Positions 51,374-62,135 are shown, counted from the first letter of the stretch. The stretch is 64,000 nt of DNA from Candidatus Uhrbacteria bacterium (GCA_018664485.1 JABJOE010000007.1:68353-132352), one strand, 5' to 3'. Made by a program: numbers and translations. The notes: generated by a model not told the origin, from the sequence alone.

Positions 51374-53077
51374 TTACATTTCTTTTAATACATCGATTCC
51401 GAGCAGATCCATCGCTAACGTCAACACATGTGCCACGGCCTGTGCCATACCAACACGTGTTGCCATCCCATCAAGATCATCACCAATAATCTGCACTTGA
51501 TGATAGTACTCAGAAAATAGTTTTGCAGTTTCAAAAGCCCATGCAGCAACCGGTGCCACATTATAACTTGAAGCAGCGCGAGCAACTACATCTGGATACT
51601 CCGAGAGTCGTCTGATCAACTGCTGCTCCAAAGGATGATTCAACAGATCTATATTGATCTCTCCCTTAGATGACGCCTTTTCCTGTACACGCATGATTCG
51701 AGCAATAGTGTAGAGGATATACGGACCAGTAAAGCCATCAAAAGACATCGCTTCTTTGATATCAAAAGTGATAATCGATTGAGGATCCTGTCGAAGCATC
51801 ATGAACGTCATCGCAGCATGCTGCAAAACGGCAGCCGTCTGTACAACCTGCTTATCAGACCAATCTTCATGTCGAGCACGAGTCTCACCCTCCAAATACT
51901 CTCGCATGTGATCACGCAAATATGCGTAAGTCACGATATTTCCCTTTCGTGAAGACATCGTACCCTCCGGCAAATTCACCATGTCATACGAAAGATGCGT
52001 GAGCTGTTTTTTAAATCCGAGACGCTTCAATGTAGCGAACAATTGCTGGAAATAAAATGACTGACGAACATCTACAACATATAGATACCTATCAGCGTCA
52101 TACTTTTCGTCCTTTTTAAACGCGAGAGGAAGATCCTTCGTGGCATACAAAGATGACCCATCAGATTTTAGTACAAGGAACACACTGAGATCCTCAGCCT
52201 CCAAGTCTACAACGGTAGCACCCTGACTTTTGGTCGCAATTCCGTCGGTCAACATCTTCTGCACCAACTTCTTTCCAGGTTCTTCAACTTCGCTTTCAAA
52301 ATACCAAACATCTGGCTCAACATTGAGCTCTTTGAAAATTTCACGGAAAGCGTCCATGCTCCACTCTCGAGTTTCTTGCCACTTTGAATGCCATGGTTCT
52401 TCCTGTGCCTCAAGATGACGTTGAACCTGAGCAATTTCTTCTTTCGCTTCTTCATGTTCCTCCGCGTACGTCGTAGCCTCCGTGTAAATCTCTCCTAACT
52501 TCTTAGCGCGGTCCTCCTTTGCAAACTCTTCATCCTTATGAAACTTATCCAATCCCCAAAGAGCCTTCGCAACATGGGCTCCAATGTCTCCGATGTATGC
52601 TGCAAAAACAACTTCATACCCACTAGCTTTCAAAACTCTCTGAACCGCAACCGGGTAAACTGCGTTTCGAATATGACCAACGTGGAATTCTTTGTGCGTA
52701 TTAGGCTGCGCTCCCTCGATTAAAACCTTCACCCCCTCACCCACCGTACCGTTTCCATATTTCTCTCCCATCTCTGCCACCTCTCCCAAAACCGCTTTCG
52801 TAAACGTAATATCATTTAAAACAAAGTTGACGTAAGGCCCAGTAGCCACCGTTTTTTCAATCAAATCTGTTGGACCAATCTTTGCCGCAAGTTCACGGGC
52901 GATCTCAACAGGATTAGCCTTCTGCTTTTTTGCCAAAACAAAACACGGGAAAGCAATATCTCCCATGGCCGGGTTTGGAGGAAGCTCAAGGTCATCAATT
53001 CCAATATCGACCCCCTTCCCAATAGCTTTCTTAAGAGACGCTAGTGCCTCCTGTTTTGCATTATGAAAAGCGTACAT
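51374..53077 (-). CDS. argS: Arginine--tRNA ligase
   Basis: GPYVNF, PNTHKEFHVGHIRN, KSDGSSLYATKD, MSSRKG. Confidence 0.97.
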   Translation of the reverse strand: MYAFHNAKQEALASLKKAIGKGVDIGIDDLELPPNPAMGDIAFPCFVLAKKQKANPVEIARELAAKIGPTDLIEKTVATGPYVNFVLNDITFTKAVLGEVAEMGEKYGNGTVGEGVKVLIEGAQPNTHKEFHVGHIRNAVYPVAVQRVLKASGYEVVFAAYIGDIGAHVAKALWGLDKFHKDEEFAKEDRAKKLGEIYTEATTYAEEHEEAKEEIAQVQRHLEAQEEPWHSKWQETREWSMDAFREIFKELNVEPDVWYFESEVEEPGKKLVQKMLTDGIATKSQGATVVDLEAEDLSVFLVLKSDGSSLYATKDLPLAFKKDEKYDADRYLYVVDVRQSFYFQQLFATLKRLGFKKQLTHLSYDMVNLPEGTMSSRKGNIVTYAYLRDHMREYLEGETRARHEDWSDKQVVQTAAVLQHAAMTFMMLRQDPQSIITFDIKEAMSFDGFTGPYILYTIARIMRVQEKASSKGEINIDLLNHPLEQQLIRRLSEYPDVVARAASSYNVAPVAAWAFETAKLFSEYYHQVQIIGDDLDGMATRVGMAQAVAHVLTLAMDLLGIDVLKEM

Positions 53078-53245
53078 ATGATAAGTAGAATACATTACAA
53101 AAATAACTATCGACCTCTGTTGATCTATTTTGACTGCAACCCTGTACATGTTCGTCATCATAGATTCCACTATGACTCCTTACATGGCCAGAATTTCGTC
53201 CAAAATATCTTCAAAATAGCTACGATCTTATTTCTGCAATGTATC

Positions 53246-54460
53246 CTAGCGCTTATTTACTAAGCGCACAAAGTGTCTCTTCCCGCGCTGTAGAACAACG
53301 CCGTCTTTTGCGCCTACGATATTCATATCGATACCAGTTACAACAACTCCATCGATCTTTACGGCCTTCTGCTCAATCATTCGACGTGCTTCAGATTTGG
53401 ACTTAGTAAGCCCACTCTCAACTAATACGTCAACGATATTCTTCTCTGAACTTAGCACAAACTCTTCCATTTCGTCAGGCATCTTCCCTTTTTGGAATAT
53501 ATTAGCGAAATGAGCAGCAGCTGCATCGGCAGCAGAAGCATCGTATAGCTGAGCTACAACCATGTGTGCTAATTCCGCTTTTACGTCGCGAGGATTCACG
53601 CCCTGCTCCATTGCAATTCGTTTTCCATCGATCTCTTCCATCGACATGTCAGTTACCAATTCAAAGTATGGCAGAATCATGGAATCATTCATCGCCATCA
53701 ACTTCCCGTACATATCTTCAGGTACATCGCTCAAAGCAATAAACCCACCTTCAGACTTGCTCATCTTCTTACCCTCATCGTTTGTAAGAAGTTTTAATGT
53801 AAGTACAATCTTTTCCTTACCGGCCATAGACTTCATCAATGTTCGACCGGCAAGCATGTTAAACGTCTGATCAGATCCACCGATCTCAACGTCAACGTCC
53901 ATCGCAACAGAGTCATACCCCTGCATAAGCGGGTACATGAACTCATGCATGTAAATCGGCTTCCCGTCCTTAAGGCGATTCGCAAACATATCACGCTCAC
54001 TCATCTGCTGCACCGTAAAGTGTGATGCCAGTTCCACAACATCAGCAAATGACATCTTTGAAAGCCACTTATCGTTGAATTTTATTTTGACCGCATTACG
54101 TCCTGTGAATTTCAAAATCTTCGATGCCTGCTTTTTGTATGTAGCGGCATTTTCAAGAACCTGTTTCTTTGTAAGCTGAGACCGAGTAGCAGACTTATCT
54201 GTAGGGTCTCCAATCATTCCAGTGAAAGATCCAATTAACCAAATCACTTCATGCCCCATGTCCTGAAACTCCTTCAACTTTTTAAGCTGAAGAGCATGTC
54301 CGATATGTAAAAACGGAGCTGTCGGATCAAACCCAACATAAATACGCAAACGCTCACCCTTCTTAAGGCGCGCTTCGAGCATCTCACGCTTTGGGTAGAC
54401 TGTGTCCACTCCACGTGTAAGTAAATGTTCGATTTTCTCAGGGTTTATATCAGTAGCCAT
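53246..54460 (-). CDS. tyrS: Tyrosine--tRNA ligase
   Basis: GFDPTAPFLHIGH, IGDPT, YPLMQGYD, KMSKS, C-terminal S4 domain. Confidence 0.98.
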   Translation of the reverse strand: MATDINPEKIEHLLTRGVDTVYPKREMLEARLKKGERLRIYVGFDPTAPFLHIGHALQLKKLKEFQDMGHEVIWLIGSFTGMIGDPTDKSATRSQLTKKQVLENAATYKKQASKILKFTGRNAVKIKFNDKWLSKMSFADVVELASHFTVQQMSERDMFANRLKDGKPIYMHEFMYPLMQGYDSVAMDVDVEIGGSDQTFNMLAGRTLMKSMAGKEKIVLTLKLLTNDEGKKMSKSEGGFIALSDVPEDMYGKLMAMNDSMILPYFELVTDMSMEEIDGKRIAMEQGVNPRDVKAELAHMVVAQLYDASAADAAAAHFANIFQKGKMPDEMEEFVLSSEKNIVDVLVESGLTKSKSEARRMIEQKAVKIDGVVVTGIDMNIVGAKDGVVLQRGKRHFVRLVNKR

Positions 54461-54461
54461 A

Positions 54462-57137
54462 TTAACGTAAACTTTCAAGCTCCTCTAATAAGATTTTTAC
54501 ACGTTCTTGCGTTTCCTCCAACTGTTGCTTGGTTTGTGTGATGACTTCCGGCGGCGCTCCAGCTACAAAACCTTTGTTTGAAAGCTTCCCTTCCAGACGT
54601 TTTGCATGTGTTTGAGCCTCATTAAGCTCACCTTCCATACGCTTAGTCTCAGCTGCTACATCAATCAAATCTGCAATCGGCACATATAGTCGTATCGAAC
54701 CTGCCATGACAGATATTGCACCCTCAGGCTTCTTGGCGTCATTATCGAATGTTAGTTCTCCAAGTTTTGCGAAGTTTGTAATGATAGACCCTTGATCTTT
54801 AAGGTCTGTTGCACCGACGACAATCACATCCAATGGCTTCGAGTACGCAATCTTATACGTAGCGCGTACATTTCGAAGAGCAGACACAACCTCGCGCAGA
54901 CGATCAAACAATGCTACGTCCATCTTGGCACCTGACTCCCGAGGCCAGCTAGCTACCATCAACATTCCCGCATCAAACTGCTTGTACAACTCTTCAGTTA
55001 CAAACGGCATGTACGGATGCCACATCTTTAATATGTTTTCCAATACGTAAAGTAGAATATCTTTCGTTGACTGATCATCCTGAACTTTCGCGATCTCCAC
55101 ATACCAGTCAGCAAATTCATTCCAAGTGAAATCTCGGAGCAACTCACCTAACAGTGAGAACTCGTGCCGCTCGTAATGGCCAGTTGCACGCACGATCACA
55201 TCATCTAGTCGTGACAGAATCCATCGGTCTGCCAATGTCTTAGGTTCAGGCGCAGTTGCGACAGATCGAACATCACCGACGGTCATAAAGACGAATCGTG
55301 AAATATTCCAAAGCTTGTTTGTGAAATTTCTATAGCTCGCAATCTTCTCTTCTGAAAGTCGTGAGTCATTACCAGGCGTTGCACCAATCAAAAGTGAAAG
55401 TCGCGTTGCGTCAGCCCCGTACTTTGAAATCATGTCGAGCGGGTTGATAATATTTCCAAGTGACTTGGACATCTTGCGACCTTTTTCATCTCGAACCAGC
55501 CCGTGCAAGTACACCGTCTCAAACGGAACCTCACCAAGGTGATAAGTAGACATCAAAATCATTCGCGCAACCCAGAAAAACAAAATGTCATATCCGGTCT
55601 CCAAAACCTGAGTCGGATGATAGGCGCGCAAATCTGACGCACCTTCATTTGGCCAATCAAGTGTTGCGAATGTCCAAAGGCCAGTGCAGAACCAAGTATC
55701 GAGTGTGTCAGAATCCTGCTCCCATCCATCACCTTCCGGTAATTCACCTACCGACAACTCCTCACCCTTGTACCAAACAGGAATGCGGTGACCGAACCAA
55801 ATCTGTCGTGAAATATTCCAGTCGCGCAAGTTATCAATCCAATGGAAATACGTCTTTACAAATCGTTCTGGCAAAATATCGATCTGTTTTGCGCGAACTA
55901 CATGCTGCATCAAAGACTTGAGCGTAACCGTCTGCCCATCTGAAAGACCTTCGATCGGATGTTCCTTAGACTGCTTGTACGCAAACTCTTTGTTCACATC
56001 AATGAACCACTGAGTCTTTGGTAGAGGTTCGACAATATCTTTAAAACGATCAGAAGTTCCTACATTTTGAACAACGTCCTCCTCACCGCTTACCAACTCC
56101 TGCTCGGAAAGCCAGGCGATCAATTTCTTCTTTGCTTCTTTAGTTGTAAGACCCGCATATTCTGATCCAGCCTCTTGTGTCATCAACCCGTCTTCACCGA
56201 TCACTTGCTTGATACCAATATCGTTCCCCAAAGCCTTCTGCTTCTGGTACATCTCAAAGTCAATCGGAGAGTGTGCCGTCGTTACACCAAGTGCACCGGT
56301 TCCAAACGTATCATCAACATGCTCATCTCCAAAAACCTTCAGAGTAAGCGTGTGACCCTCTTGTCCAAAATTCTCAACTACAAATTCCTTGCCAATATAT
56401 TCCTTCCAACGACCTTCTGGATGAACGGCAATGGCGGTGTCCCCAAGTTTAGTTTCAGGACGCGTTGTCGCAATTGCGATCGGTACGTCCTTACTATATT
56501 GAAAAGTATAAAGTTTTGCTGATCGGTCAACGTAAACCAACTCGTCGTCGCTACATGTAGACTGCCCTTTTACAGACCAGTTGATTACTCGATAGCCACG
56601 ATATATCAGCCCATCTTCGTACATGCGTTTGAAAGCCGTACTCACAGACTTCTGTCGCTGATCATCTAAGGTATAAGCTTCACGGTCCCAATCAAGCGAT
56701 GCCCCCATCTTCTTTGTTTGGTTGATGATAGTATCGTGGCTCTCTTTTGCAAATTTATTTACGCGCTTCAAAAATTCCTCACGGCCAAGTTCTTCTTTAG
56801 GCTTCTCCATCCCCTCATCCTCTATAAGCATTTTTTCAACCTTGCTCTCTGTTGCAACGGCTGCCGAGTCTGTACCCGGAACCCAAAGTGCCTTCTTGCC
56901 CGCCATTCGAGCGAAACGAATCATCGCATCTTGAATAGCTAACATCACGGCATGACCCATGTGGAGCGTTCCCGTTACGTTTGGTGGTGGAAGTGAAATC
57001 GTAAAAGATTCTGTACGATTCTCAAAATCAGGGAGATTCTCTGGCGCAAAATACCCGCTATCCATCCAAGCAGCGTAAATATCATCCTCAACGCCGTTTG
57101 AATCGTAGGTTTTTGGCAGTGAAAGAGGGTCATTCAT
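54462..57137 (-). CDS. valS: Valine--tRNA ligase
   Basis: PPPNVTGTLHMGH, ATTRPET, DWNISRQIWFGHRIP, KMSKSLGN, C-terminal coiled coil. Confidence 0.98.
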   Translation of the reverse strand: MNDPLSLPKTYDSNGVEDDIYAAWMDSGYFAPENLPDFENRTESFTISLPPPNVTGTLHMGHAVMLAIQDAMIRFARMAGKKALWVPGTDSAAVATESKVEKMLIEDEGMEKPKEELGREEFLKRVNKFAKESHDTIINQTKKMGASLDWDREAYTLDDQRQKSVSTAFKRMYEDGLIYRGYRVINWSVKGQSTCSDDELVYVDRSAKLYTFQYSKDVPIAIATTRPETKLGDTAIAVHPEGRWKEYIGKEFVVENFGQEGHTLTLKVFGDEHVDDTFGTGALGVTTAHSPIDFEMYQKQKALGNDIGIKQVIGEDGLMTQEAGSEYAGLTTKEAKKKLIAWLSEQELVSGEEDVVQNVGTSDRFKDIVEPLPKTQWFIDVNKEFAYKQSKEHPIEGLSDGQTVTLKSLMQHVVRAKQIDILPERFVKTYFHWIDNLRDWNISRQIWFGHRIPVWYKGEELSVGELPEGDGWEQDSDTLDTWFCTGLWTFATLDWPNEGASDLRAYHPTQVLETGYDILFFWVARMILMSTYHLGEVPFETVYLHGLVRDEKGRKMSKSLGNIINPLDMISKYGADATRLSLLIGATPGNDSRLSEEKIASYRNFTNKLWNISRFVFMTVGDVRSVATAPEPKTLADRWILSRLDDVIVRATGHYERHEFSLLGELLRDFTWNEFADWYVEIAKVQDDQSTKDILLYVLENILKMWHPYMPFVTEELYKQFDAGMLMVASWPRESGAKMDVALFDRLREVVSALRNVRATYKIAYSKPLDVIVVGATDLKDQGSIITNFAKLGELTFDNDAKKPEGAISVMAGSIRLYVPIADLIDVAAETKRMEGELNEAQTHAKRLEGKLSNKGFVAGAPPEVITQTKQQLEETQERVKILLEELESLR

Positions 57138-57330
57138 ACGGAGGCAGTCTAGCCTAAAAACAGGGGAAAATCAAAGTATTTCCTCACTTATACGTGCAAA
57201 CAAGCGCTCACAGCCTATAATAAGGAGAAAATGTCGCATCGAGCCTTTAAAAATAGCTTTGTTTGCAGGGCGGTCCAACATTGACACCTTCTATGTGCTG
57301 CTGTAAGCTACTTTCTTCCCCATGCTAAGG

Positions 57331-57454
57331 ACAGAGTCACCCAGTTGGCGCCCTTTTGGCTCACGAGAGCCTGTCGACTAGTCTACGTACAATTAGTACG
57401 TTTCCGGCGGCGACATCCCGTTTACCAAAATTGCATCCATCTGAGAGATTCTGT
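57331..57454. repeat. Palindromic element in the leader of the DHH gene
   Basis: Arms acagagtc/gattctgt; core gtctacgtac-aatta-gtacgtttcc; downstream of TTGACA-N17-TAAGCT at 57281-57309. Confidence 0.8.
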
Positions 57455-57485
57455 ATGAGAGATTTTTCCAAAAATTAACCTTCGC

Positions 57486-58634
57486 ATGGCATATTCCACG
57501 CACGAACAATTTCTAACAATGCTCGAGAGGTCCAAGCGGCCGCTTATTCTTGTGGGTGCGAATGCTAACGTTGATGATTTTTCAAGCGCGTTTGGTGTTG
57601 CTTCTTTGCTATCTAAACTTGCAAAGCCTGTAGAGATCGTGACAAGTGGAGGGACGGCGCCAAAGGCAATCTCTTTTTTGAAGGCTCCAGCTGCAATCCG
57701 TGGTGACATTCAGAACATTGCAAAGCTCACCCTCAAGGTAAAGCTCGATCGCGCAGCACTTGATGAACTTTCCTACCACAAAGATGACGACGCACAGGAG
57801 CTTCACATCCACCTCCTTCCAAAGCAAGGCCACTGGAAGCCTGAGGACATTACAATCGAAACCCAAAGCTATAAATATGACCTACTGATTTGTATCGGTG
57901 GATCAGATTTAGAGCAGTTTGGAGAGATTTATAATAGCTACCAGGACTTTTTCTTTAAGACTCCCATAATCAACATCGACCACAGTGGGAAAAACGAACA
58001 TTATGGTCAAGCTAACGTCGTCGACATGAGCGCCGTTGCTTGTGCCGAAGTTTGCTACGACCTTTTCCGACAAATCGACGAAACTTTGATAGATGAAGAG
58101 GTTGCTACCTACTTTTTAACCGGAATGATCCACAAGACACGCAGTTTTAGATCTGAAAACATAACCCCTAAAACACTGAAGGTTGCCGGCGACCTTATTG
58201 CTCGCGGAGCACGACGAGATGAGATCGTGGCGCGCCTTTATAAGACCCGATCTGTCGAAACGCTTCGACTATGGGGACGTGCACTTGCTCGACTGAAGTC
58301 TGATCCAAAAGCAAAAATGGTTTGGACGCTTTTGACACGCCAAGATTTTACAAACGCCGGAACTGACGAGACAGCTTTGGAAAATATTGTAGAAGAATTG
58401 CTAATGAGCGCCCCTGACGCCAACGTAGCTGCTATTTTCTATGAGCATCCTGATAAAATGATTTGCGTTAAGCTCCACGCGCGCCGACCGCATGACGCCC
58501 TCCACCTTGGAGCGCCGTTTCGTGCTGCGGGCACACGTGAAGAAGCTCTACTTCGATTACGTGAAAACGACATCGTGAAGGCTGAGAAAAAAGTCATCAC
58601 ACACATCAAAGACCAACTCACCACCCACGCCTAG
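57486..58634 (+). CDS. DHH/NrnA-like protein with degenerate motifs
   Basis: INIDHSGKNEHYG, ATYFLTGMI..T.SF, LRLWGRAL. Confidence 0.8.
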   Translation: MAYSTHEQFLTMLERSKRPLILVGANANVDDFSSAFGVASLLSKLAKPVEIVTSGGTAPKAISFLKAPAAIRGDIQNIAKLTLKVKLDRAALDELSYHKDDDAQELHIHLLPKQGHWKPEDITIETQSYKYDLLICIGGSDLEQFGEIYNSYQDFFFKTPIINIDHSGKNEHYGQANVVDMSAVACAEVCYDLFRQIDETLIDEEVATYFLTGMIHKTRSFRSENITPKTLKVAGDLIARGARRDEIVARLYKTRSVETLRLWGRALARLKSDPKAKMVWTLLTRQDFTNAGTDETALENIVEELLMSAPDANVAAIFYEHPDKMICVKLHARRPHDALHLGAPFRAAGTREEALLRLRENDIVKAEKKVITHIKDQLTTHA

Positions 58635-58643
58635 GAGCGTTTG

Positions 58644-58991
58644 ATGCAAGATATACTCGATAGGGCCCGCGCGGCCGTCGAATTCCTGAGAGACCCTCAA
58701 CAGAGCTGGATTCAGGGATGCGAACGTGCCGCTAATCTTATGGAATCTACGCTAAATGAGGAGAACATTGGGATCCTATCCGATCAACAAGGAGTGCTTA
58801 AAAGAAGGGGCATGCGACAAGAAGATGAATATTTCCACGTTGATACACTGATCAACCTGCGTACTATCATGATGTACATGTTGCATCAAATAGCCATTTG
58901 CGGCGAAACGAAACGACTCCGTTGGCGCAACGTAGCCTTCATCATCGAAGATGGCGCCCTCCGCGCCGAGCAACTCACTACCCAAGAATAA
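58644..58991 (+). CDS. Orphan hypothetical protein (paralog A)
   Basis: AGGAG SD; full-length similarity to next ORF. Confidence 0.8.
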   Translation: MQDILDRARAAVEFLRDPQQSWIQGCERAANLMESTLNEENIGILSDQQGVLKRRGMRQEDEYFHVDTLINLRTIMMYMLHQIAICGETKRLRWRNVAFIIEDGALRAEQLTTQE

Positions 58992-59000
58992 GGGGGCCAA

Positions 59001-59342
59001 ATGGCCGAGATACATGTCAGAACTCGAAGAGCGATCGCATTCTTGGAGGACCCTACAAACAGATGGATCCCGGAGTGTGAGGAAGCTGCAAGATTCCTCA
59101 CACTAGCCCTGACCAGGCCTTCGGTTGAACCTCTTGAAGGCCATCAAATGTTCCTTGTTAGTGTCATTGGAAGACCGGAGAATGGGCGAGCACACGTTGA
59201 GCACAGCATCCGTCTGAATGCGGTCATCTTGTACATGGAAGTCCAACGAGCAATTCACGGCGTAACAAAACGTCTTACCTGGCGCAACGTAGCCTTCATC
59301 ATCGAAGATGGCGCCCTCCGTGCTGAGCCACTCCCTGCATGA
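59001..59342 (+). CDS. Orphan hypothetical protein (paralog B)
   Basis: Shares FL.DP...WI..CE.AA and KRL.WRNVAFIIEDGALRAE; hairpin 59371-59405. Confidence 0.8.
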   Translation: MAEIHVRTRRAIAFLEDPTNRWIPECEEAARFLTLALTRPSVEPLEGHQMFLVSVIGRPENGRAHVEHSIRLNAVILYMEVQRAIHGVTKRLTWRNVAFIIEDGALRAEPLPA

Positions 59343-59471
59343 TCCTCAACGGGCCATGCAACAGAACCTACACCCCGCAGCCCTTGTGCCGCGGGGTGTC
59401 GTTGCACCAAACAATACTTCTACGAACAGTTATCGTCCTTATTTTGATGCGGCGCATGATATACTTGCGTC

Positions 59472-60929
59472 ATGATTTCAGGAGGTCTAGCACAATATGC
59501 CAACCGATCAATAACACCGTCGTCTCGCGTTGCTATTTTTGTTGAATCCGAGCCACGGCTAACCTGGACCTCCCTACTTGCAGACGCACATCCTGAAGCA
59601 GAGATCTATCTAGTTGGTGGAACTGTTCGCGATGTACTTCTAGGCCACACACCCGCAGACATTGACCTCGTTATTCGAAACCTCGAACCCGAAATACTAG
59701 AACGTTTTCTTGCACGCCAAGGTGCGGTGAGTTTTGTTGGAAAAAGATTTGGAACATTCAAATTTACTCCACATGGATGCCGATCAAAGCAACCTCTCGA
59801 CATCGCGATGCCACGAACAGAAACAATTTCCAATAAACACAAAAGCGGCCGCCGTGATTTAAAAATAAATTCAGACCATCTCATCAGTATCGATGAAGAC
59901 CTCTCCCGCCGAGACTTCACCATCAACGCGATCGCATACAACCTGCAAAATGAAGAAATTTCAGACCCGTTCTTTGGACTTCGTGATTTGGACAGCGGGA
60001 TCATACGTTGCGTACTTAATCCTCAAGAACGTTTCTTTGAAGATGCAACTCGAATTCTCCGCGGCCTACGATTTGCAAGCCAACTCGGATTCGCGATCGA
60101 TGGAGAGACCTGGGAAGCTATACAGATGAACCTTTCCCTTCTGAATAACACCTCAATGACAGATGAAGGGACTCACGTATATTCAGTGTCTCGCGAGCTA
60201 ATCGGAAAAGAATTCCTACTCGGATTCCTTGCTCACCCTACCCACACGTTAGACCTATGGCTCAAGTCTGGTGCTCTCAAGCAACATCTGCCGAGTGTAT
60301 TTATTTTAAGTGAGACTGTAGAGCCTGACGGTGAAACGGCACTTGAAAAAACAAAACAGGTTCTACATATTTTGCATAAACGAGATCTCCTTACGACCCA
60401 CCATATGCAGGCCCCGTCTTCCCGTGTGTTGGTAGCAGCACTTGGACTGTTTTTAGAAGATGCACCGACGCAGCTACACAGCGTTTGTAAAAAAATGCGG
60501 TTCCATCAATTCTCTGTAAATGATCGAGCTCACGTTGATTGTGGGAGCCTTTCGTGGATTTTGCAGCATCTGCATGATTTGGAAACAATTGATCCAGCGA
60601 GCATGCGGCCGAGTGCATTTGAACGTCTCTTCTGTACAGAGCGCGGACAAGACCTCTTACTACTCATCCATGCACGTCATCTAATGAGTGGTCGACACAG
60701 TATCGGTCGAGAACGACTACTGCAGACGATGCGTATATCAAACAATATCTATCACGGAGGTAAACCCAAGCCACTAATCGGAGGATCTGACCTCAAGATG
60801 CTAGGTCTTGAACCTGGGCCAATGTTCCGAGACTTACTAGACGTCGCCCGCGATGCGCAGCTTACCGGACACGCATCTAGCAAAGAAGAAGCTATCTTCT
60901 GTATTAAAACTCATCTTGAGCAACGGTAA
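59472..60929 (+). CDS. cca: tRNA nucleotidyltransferase (CCA-adding / poly(A) polymerase family)
   Basis: YLVGGTVRD, DID, DLSRRDFTINA, RFFEDATRILRGLRFA, IGGSDL..LG..PGP. Confidence 0.9.
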   Translation: MISGGLAQYANRSITPSSRVAIFVESEPRLTWTSLLADAHPEAEIYLVGGTVRDVLLGHTPADIDLVIRNLEPEILERFLARQGAVSFVGKRFGTFKFTPHGCRSKQPLDIAMPRTETISNKHKSGRRDLKINSDHLISIDEDLSRRDFTINAIAYNLQNEEISDPFFGLRDLDSGIIRCVLNPQERFFEDATRILRGLRFASQLGFAIDGETWEAIQMNLSLLNNTSMTDEGTHVYSVSRELIGKEFLLGFLAHPTHTLDLWLKSGALKQHLPSVFILSETVEPDGETALEKTKQVLHILHKRDLLTTHHMQAPSSRVLVAALGLFLEDAPTQLHSVCKKMRFHQFSVNDRAHVDCGSLSWILQHLHDLETIDPASMRPSAFERLFCTERGQDLLLLIHARHLMSGRHSIGRERLLQTMRISNNIYHGGKPKPLIGGSDLKMLGLEPGPMFRDLLDVARDAQLTGHASSKEEAIFCIKTHLEQR

Positions 60930-60996
60930 CCGGTCAGCCTTGTTGACCAAACTGTCCGTGCAATATACGATGCGCGCGCACTTAAATAAGGTATGG

Positions 60997-61073
60997 GGGC
61001 GTATAGCTCAGCTGGTTAGAGTGTCACATTGACATTGTGAAGGTCAGAGGTTCGAGTCCTCTTACGCCCACCA
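60997..61073 (+). tRNA. tRNA-Val (anticodon GAC)
   Basis: TCACA-TTGACAT-TGTGA arm; cloverleaf; CCA. Confidence 0.97.
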
Positions 61074-61075
61074 CA

Positions 61076-61196
61076 AAACACACTAGGTTTGGCTATTTTC
61101 GACTCACGGGTCCCGACAGACTTCGTCTACGTACCAATCAGTACGTCTCCTTGTCTGCCACCCGTTCATCGAAACTATCTCAAACCTAGTGTGTTT
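61076..61196. repeat. Palindromic element (subfamily A) directly 3' of tRNA-Val(GAC)
   Basis: Perfect 16-bp arms aaacacactaggtttg/caaacctagtgtgttt; core is reverse-complement-similar to 4949-5003. Confidence 0.92.
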
Positions 61197-61261
61197 GTAT
61201 TTACACTGGAATCAATCAAAAGATTGATCTTTTTTTATGCTGAATTTATTGAAGTGATCAA

Positions 61262-61729
61262 TCACTCGCCAACAACTGGCTGCGCTACCTCCGGGATCCC
61301 TTGAGAAACTGGAGTCACAACACCCGGCAACGGACTTGCATCTGGAGCGCGTTCATCAACCCATGATTGATTGCGAGAACGTGAAATAAATAACAAAAAT
61401 GCTCCGAGAATTATCAGGACAGCAAAACCAATTAAAGCAGAAAATGTAATTGGCAAAACCCCACAAGAAATTACAGCAGCGAGCGATGAAAAATATCCAT
61501 CCGACTCACGCAAGCACTGACCGATTGCCCTGCCTCCAAGATTCGTTCCAAAGATAACGGCAGTAACAGCTACAGCTACACTCGCGAGCGTAAATAAACA
61601 ACTAAACTGTGCCTTGCGAACCTTACTTGAACGGAATAACGTGATGATCGCAAAAAAAACACCTCCAGCCAACCAGTAAAGGAAGAAGAGGATAATTGAT
61701 AGCTCAATGACATGCGGGCCAATAGTCAT
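61262..61729 (-). CDS. Hypothetical membrane protein
   Basis: 155-aa ORF with 3 hydrophobic segments. Confidence 0.75.
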   Translation of the reverse strand: MTIGPHVIELSIILFFLYWLAGGVFFAIITLFRSSKVRKAQFSCLFTLASVAVAVTAVIFGTNLGGRAIGQCLRESDGYFSSLAAVISCGVLPITFSALIGFAVLIILGAFLLFISRSRNQSWVDERAPDASPLPGVVTPVSQGIPEVAQPVVGE

Positions 61730-61735
61730 ACAAAT

Positions 61736-61897
61736 TTATGAAAGCGCGTTGAAGGCAAACATCGTAATGAGTAATGTTCCAAGCGTTGCCGTAAGTAGCG
61801 CGAAAGCCAAGCCCTTCTTATCTGAGTCACCATTCTTGAATCCTGATATTCCAAAATACAGAGTGAGGAATGCAAGAAGTGCCGTTACGTAAAACAT
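61736..61897 (-). CDS. Small 2-TM protein
   Basis: 53 aa, two hydrophobic helices, 6 bp from next gene. Confidence 0.6.
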   Translation of the reverse strand: MFYVTALLAFLTLYFGISGFKNGDSDKKGLAFALLTATLGTLLITMFAFNALS

Positions 61898-62135
61898 AGT
61901 ATTTTGAAGAGCTAATTTTGAGGAAACGAGATCGGACTCATAGAACGTAGCTATTTTGTTTCGATACAAGGCTAACGAGGACTAAATTACCCGTCTCTCT
62001 TGGCTGCTATCGCCATAAAGGTTGGCCTGCCATTCGTAGCTCTAGCAAGAGTTACACTATTGCCATTTAAGTAGAAGAAGCTATGGGGGGACATTCTTCG
62101 CTCCGACAATCTATAATAATTGCCAGGGCGAAGAA

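Noticed and set aside
57137-57486. Replication origin or terminus at the gene-strand switch
   Set aside because: No DnaA-box cluster or dif-like site seen; by eye the plus strand stays C/A-rich; it reads as a divergent promoter region.
58923-59320. Diversity-generating retroelement TR/VR pair
   Set aside because: The patch is identical, flanking differences are not adenine-specific, both copies are coding, and no RT is in the window.
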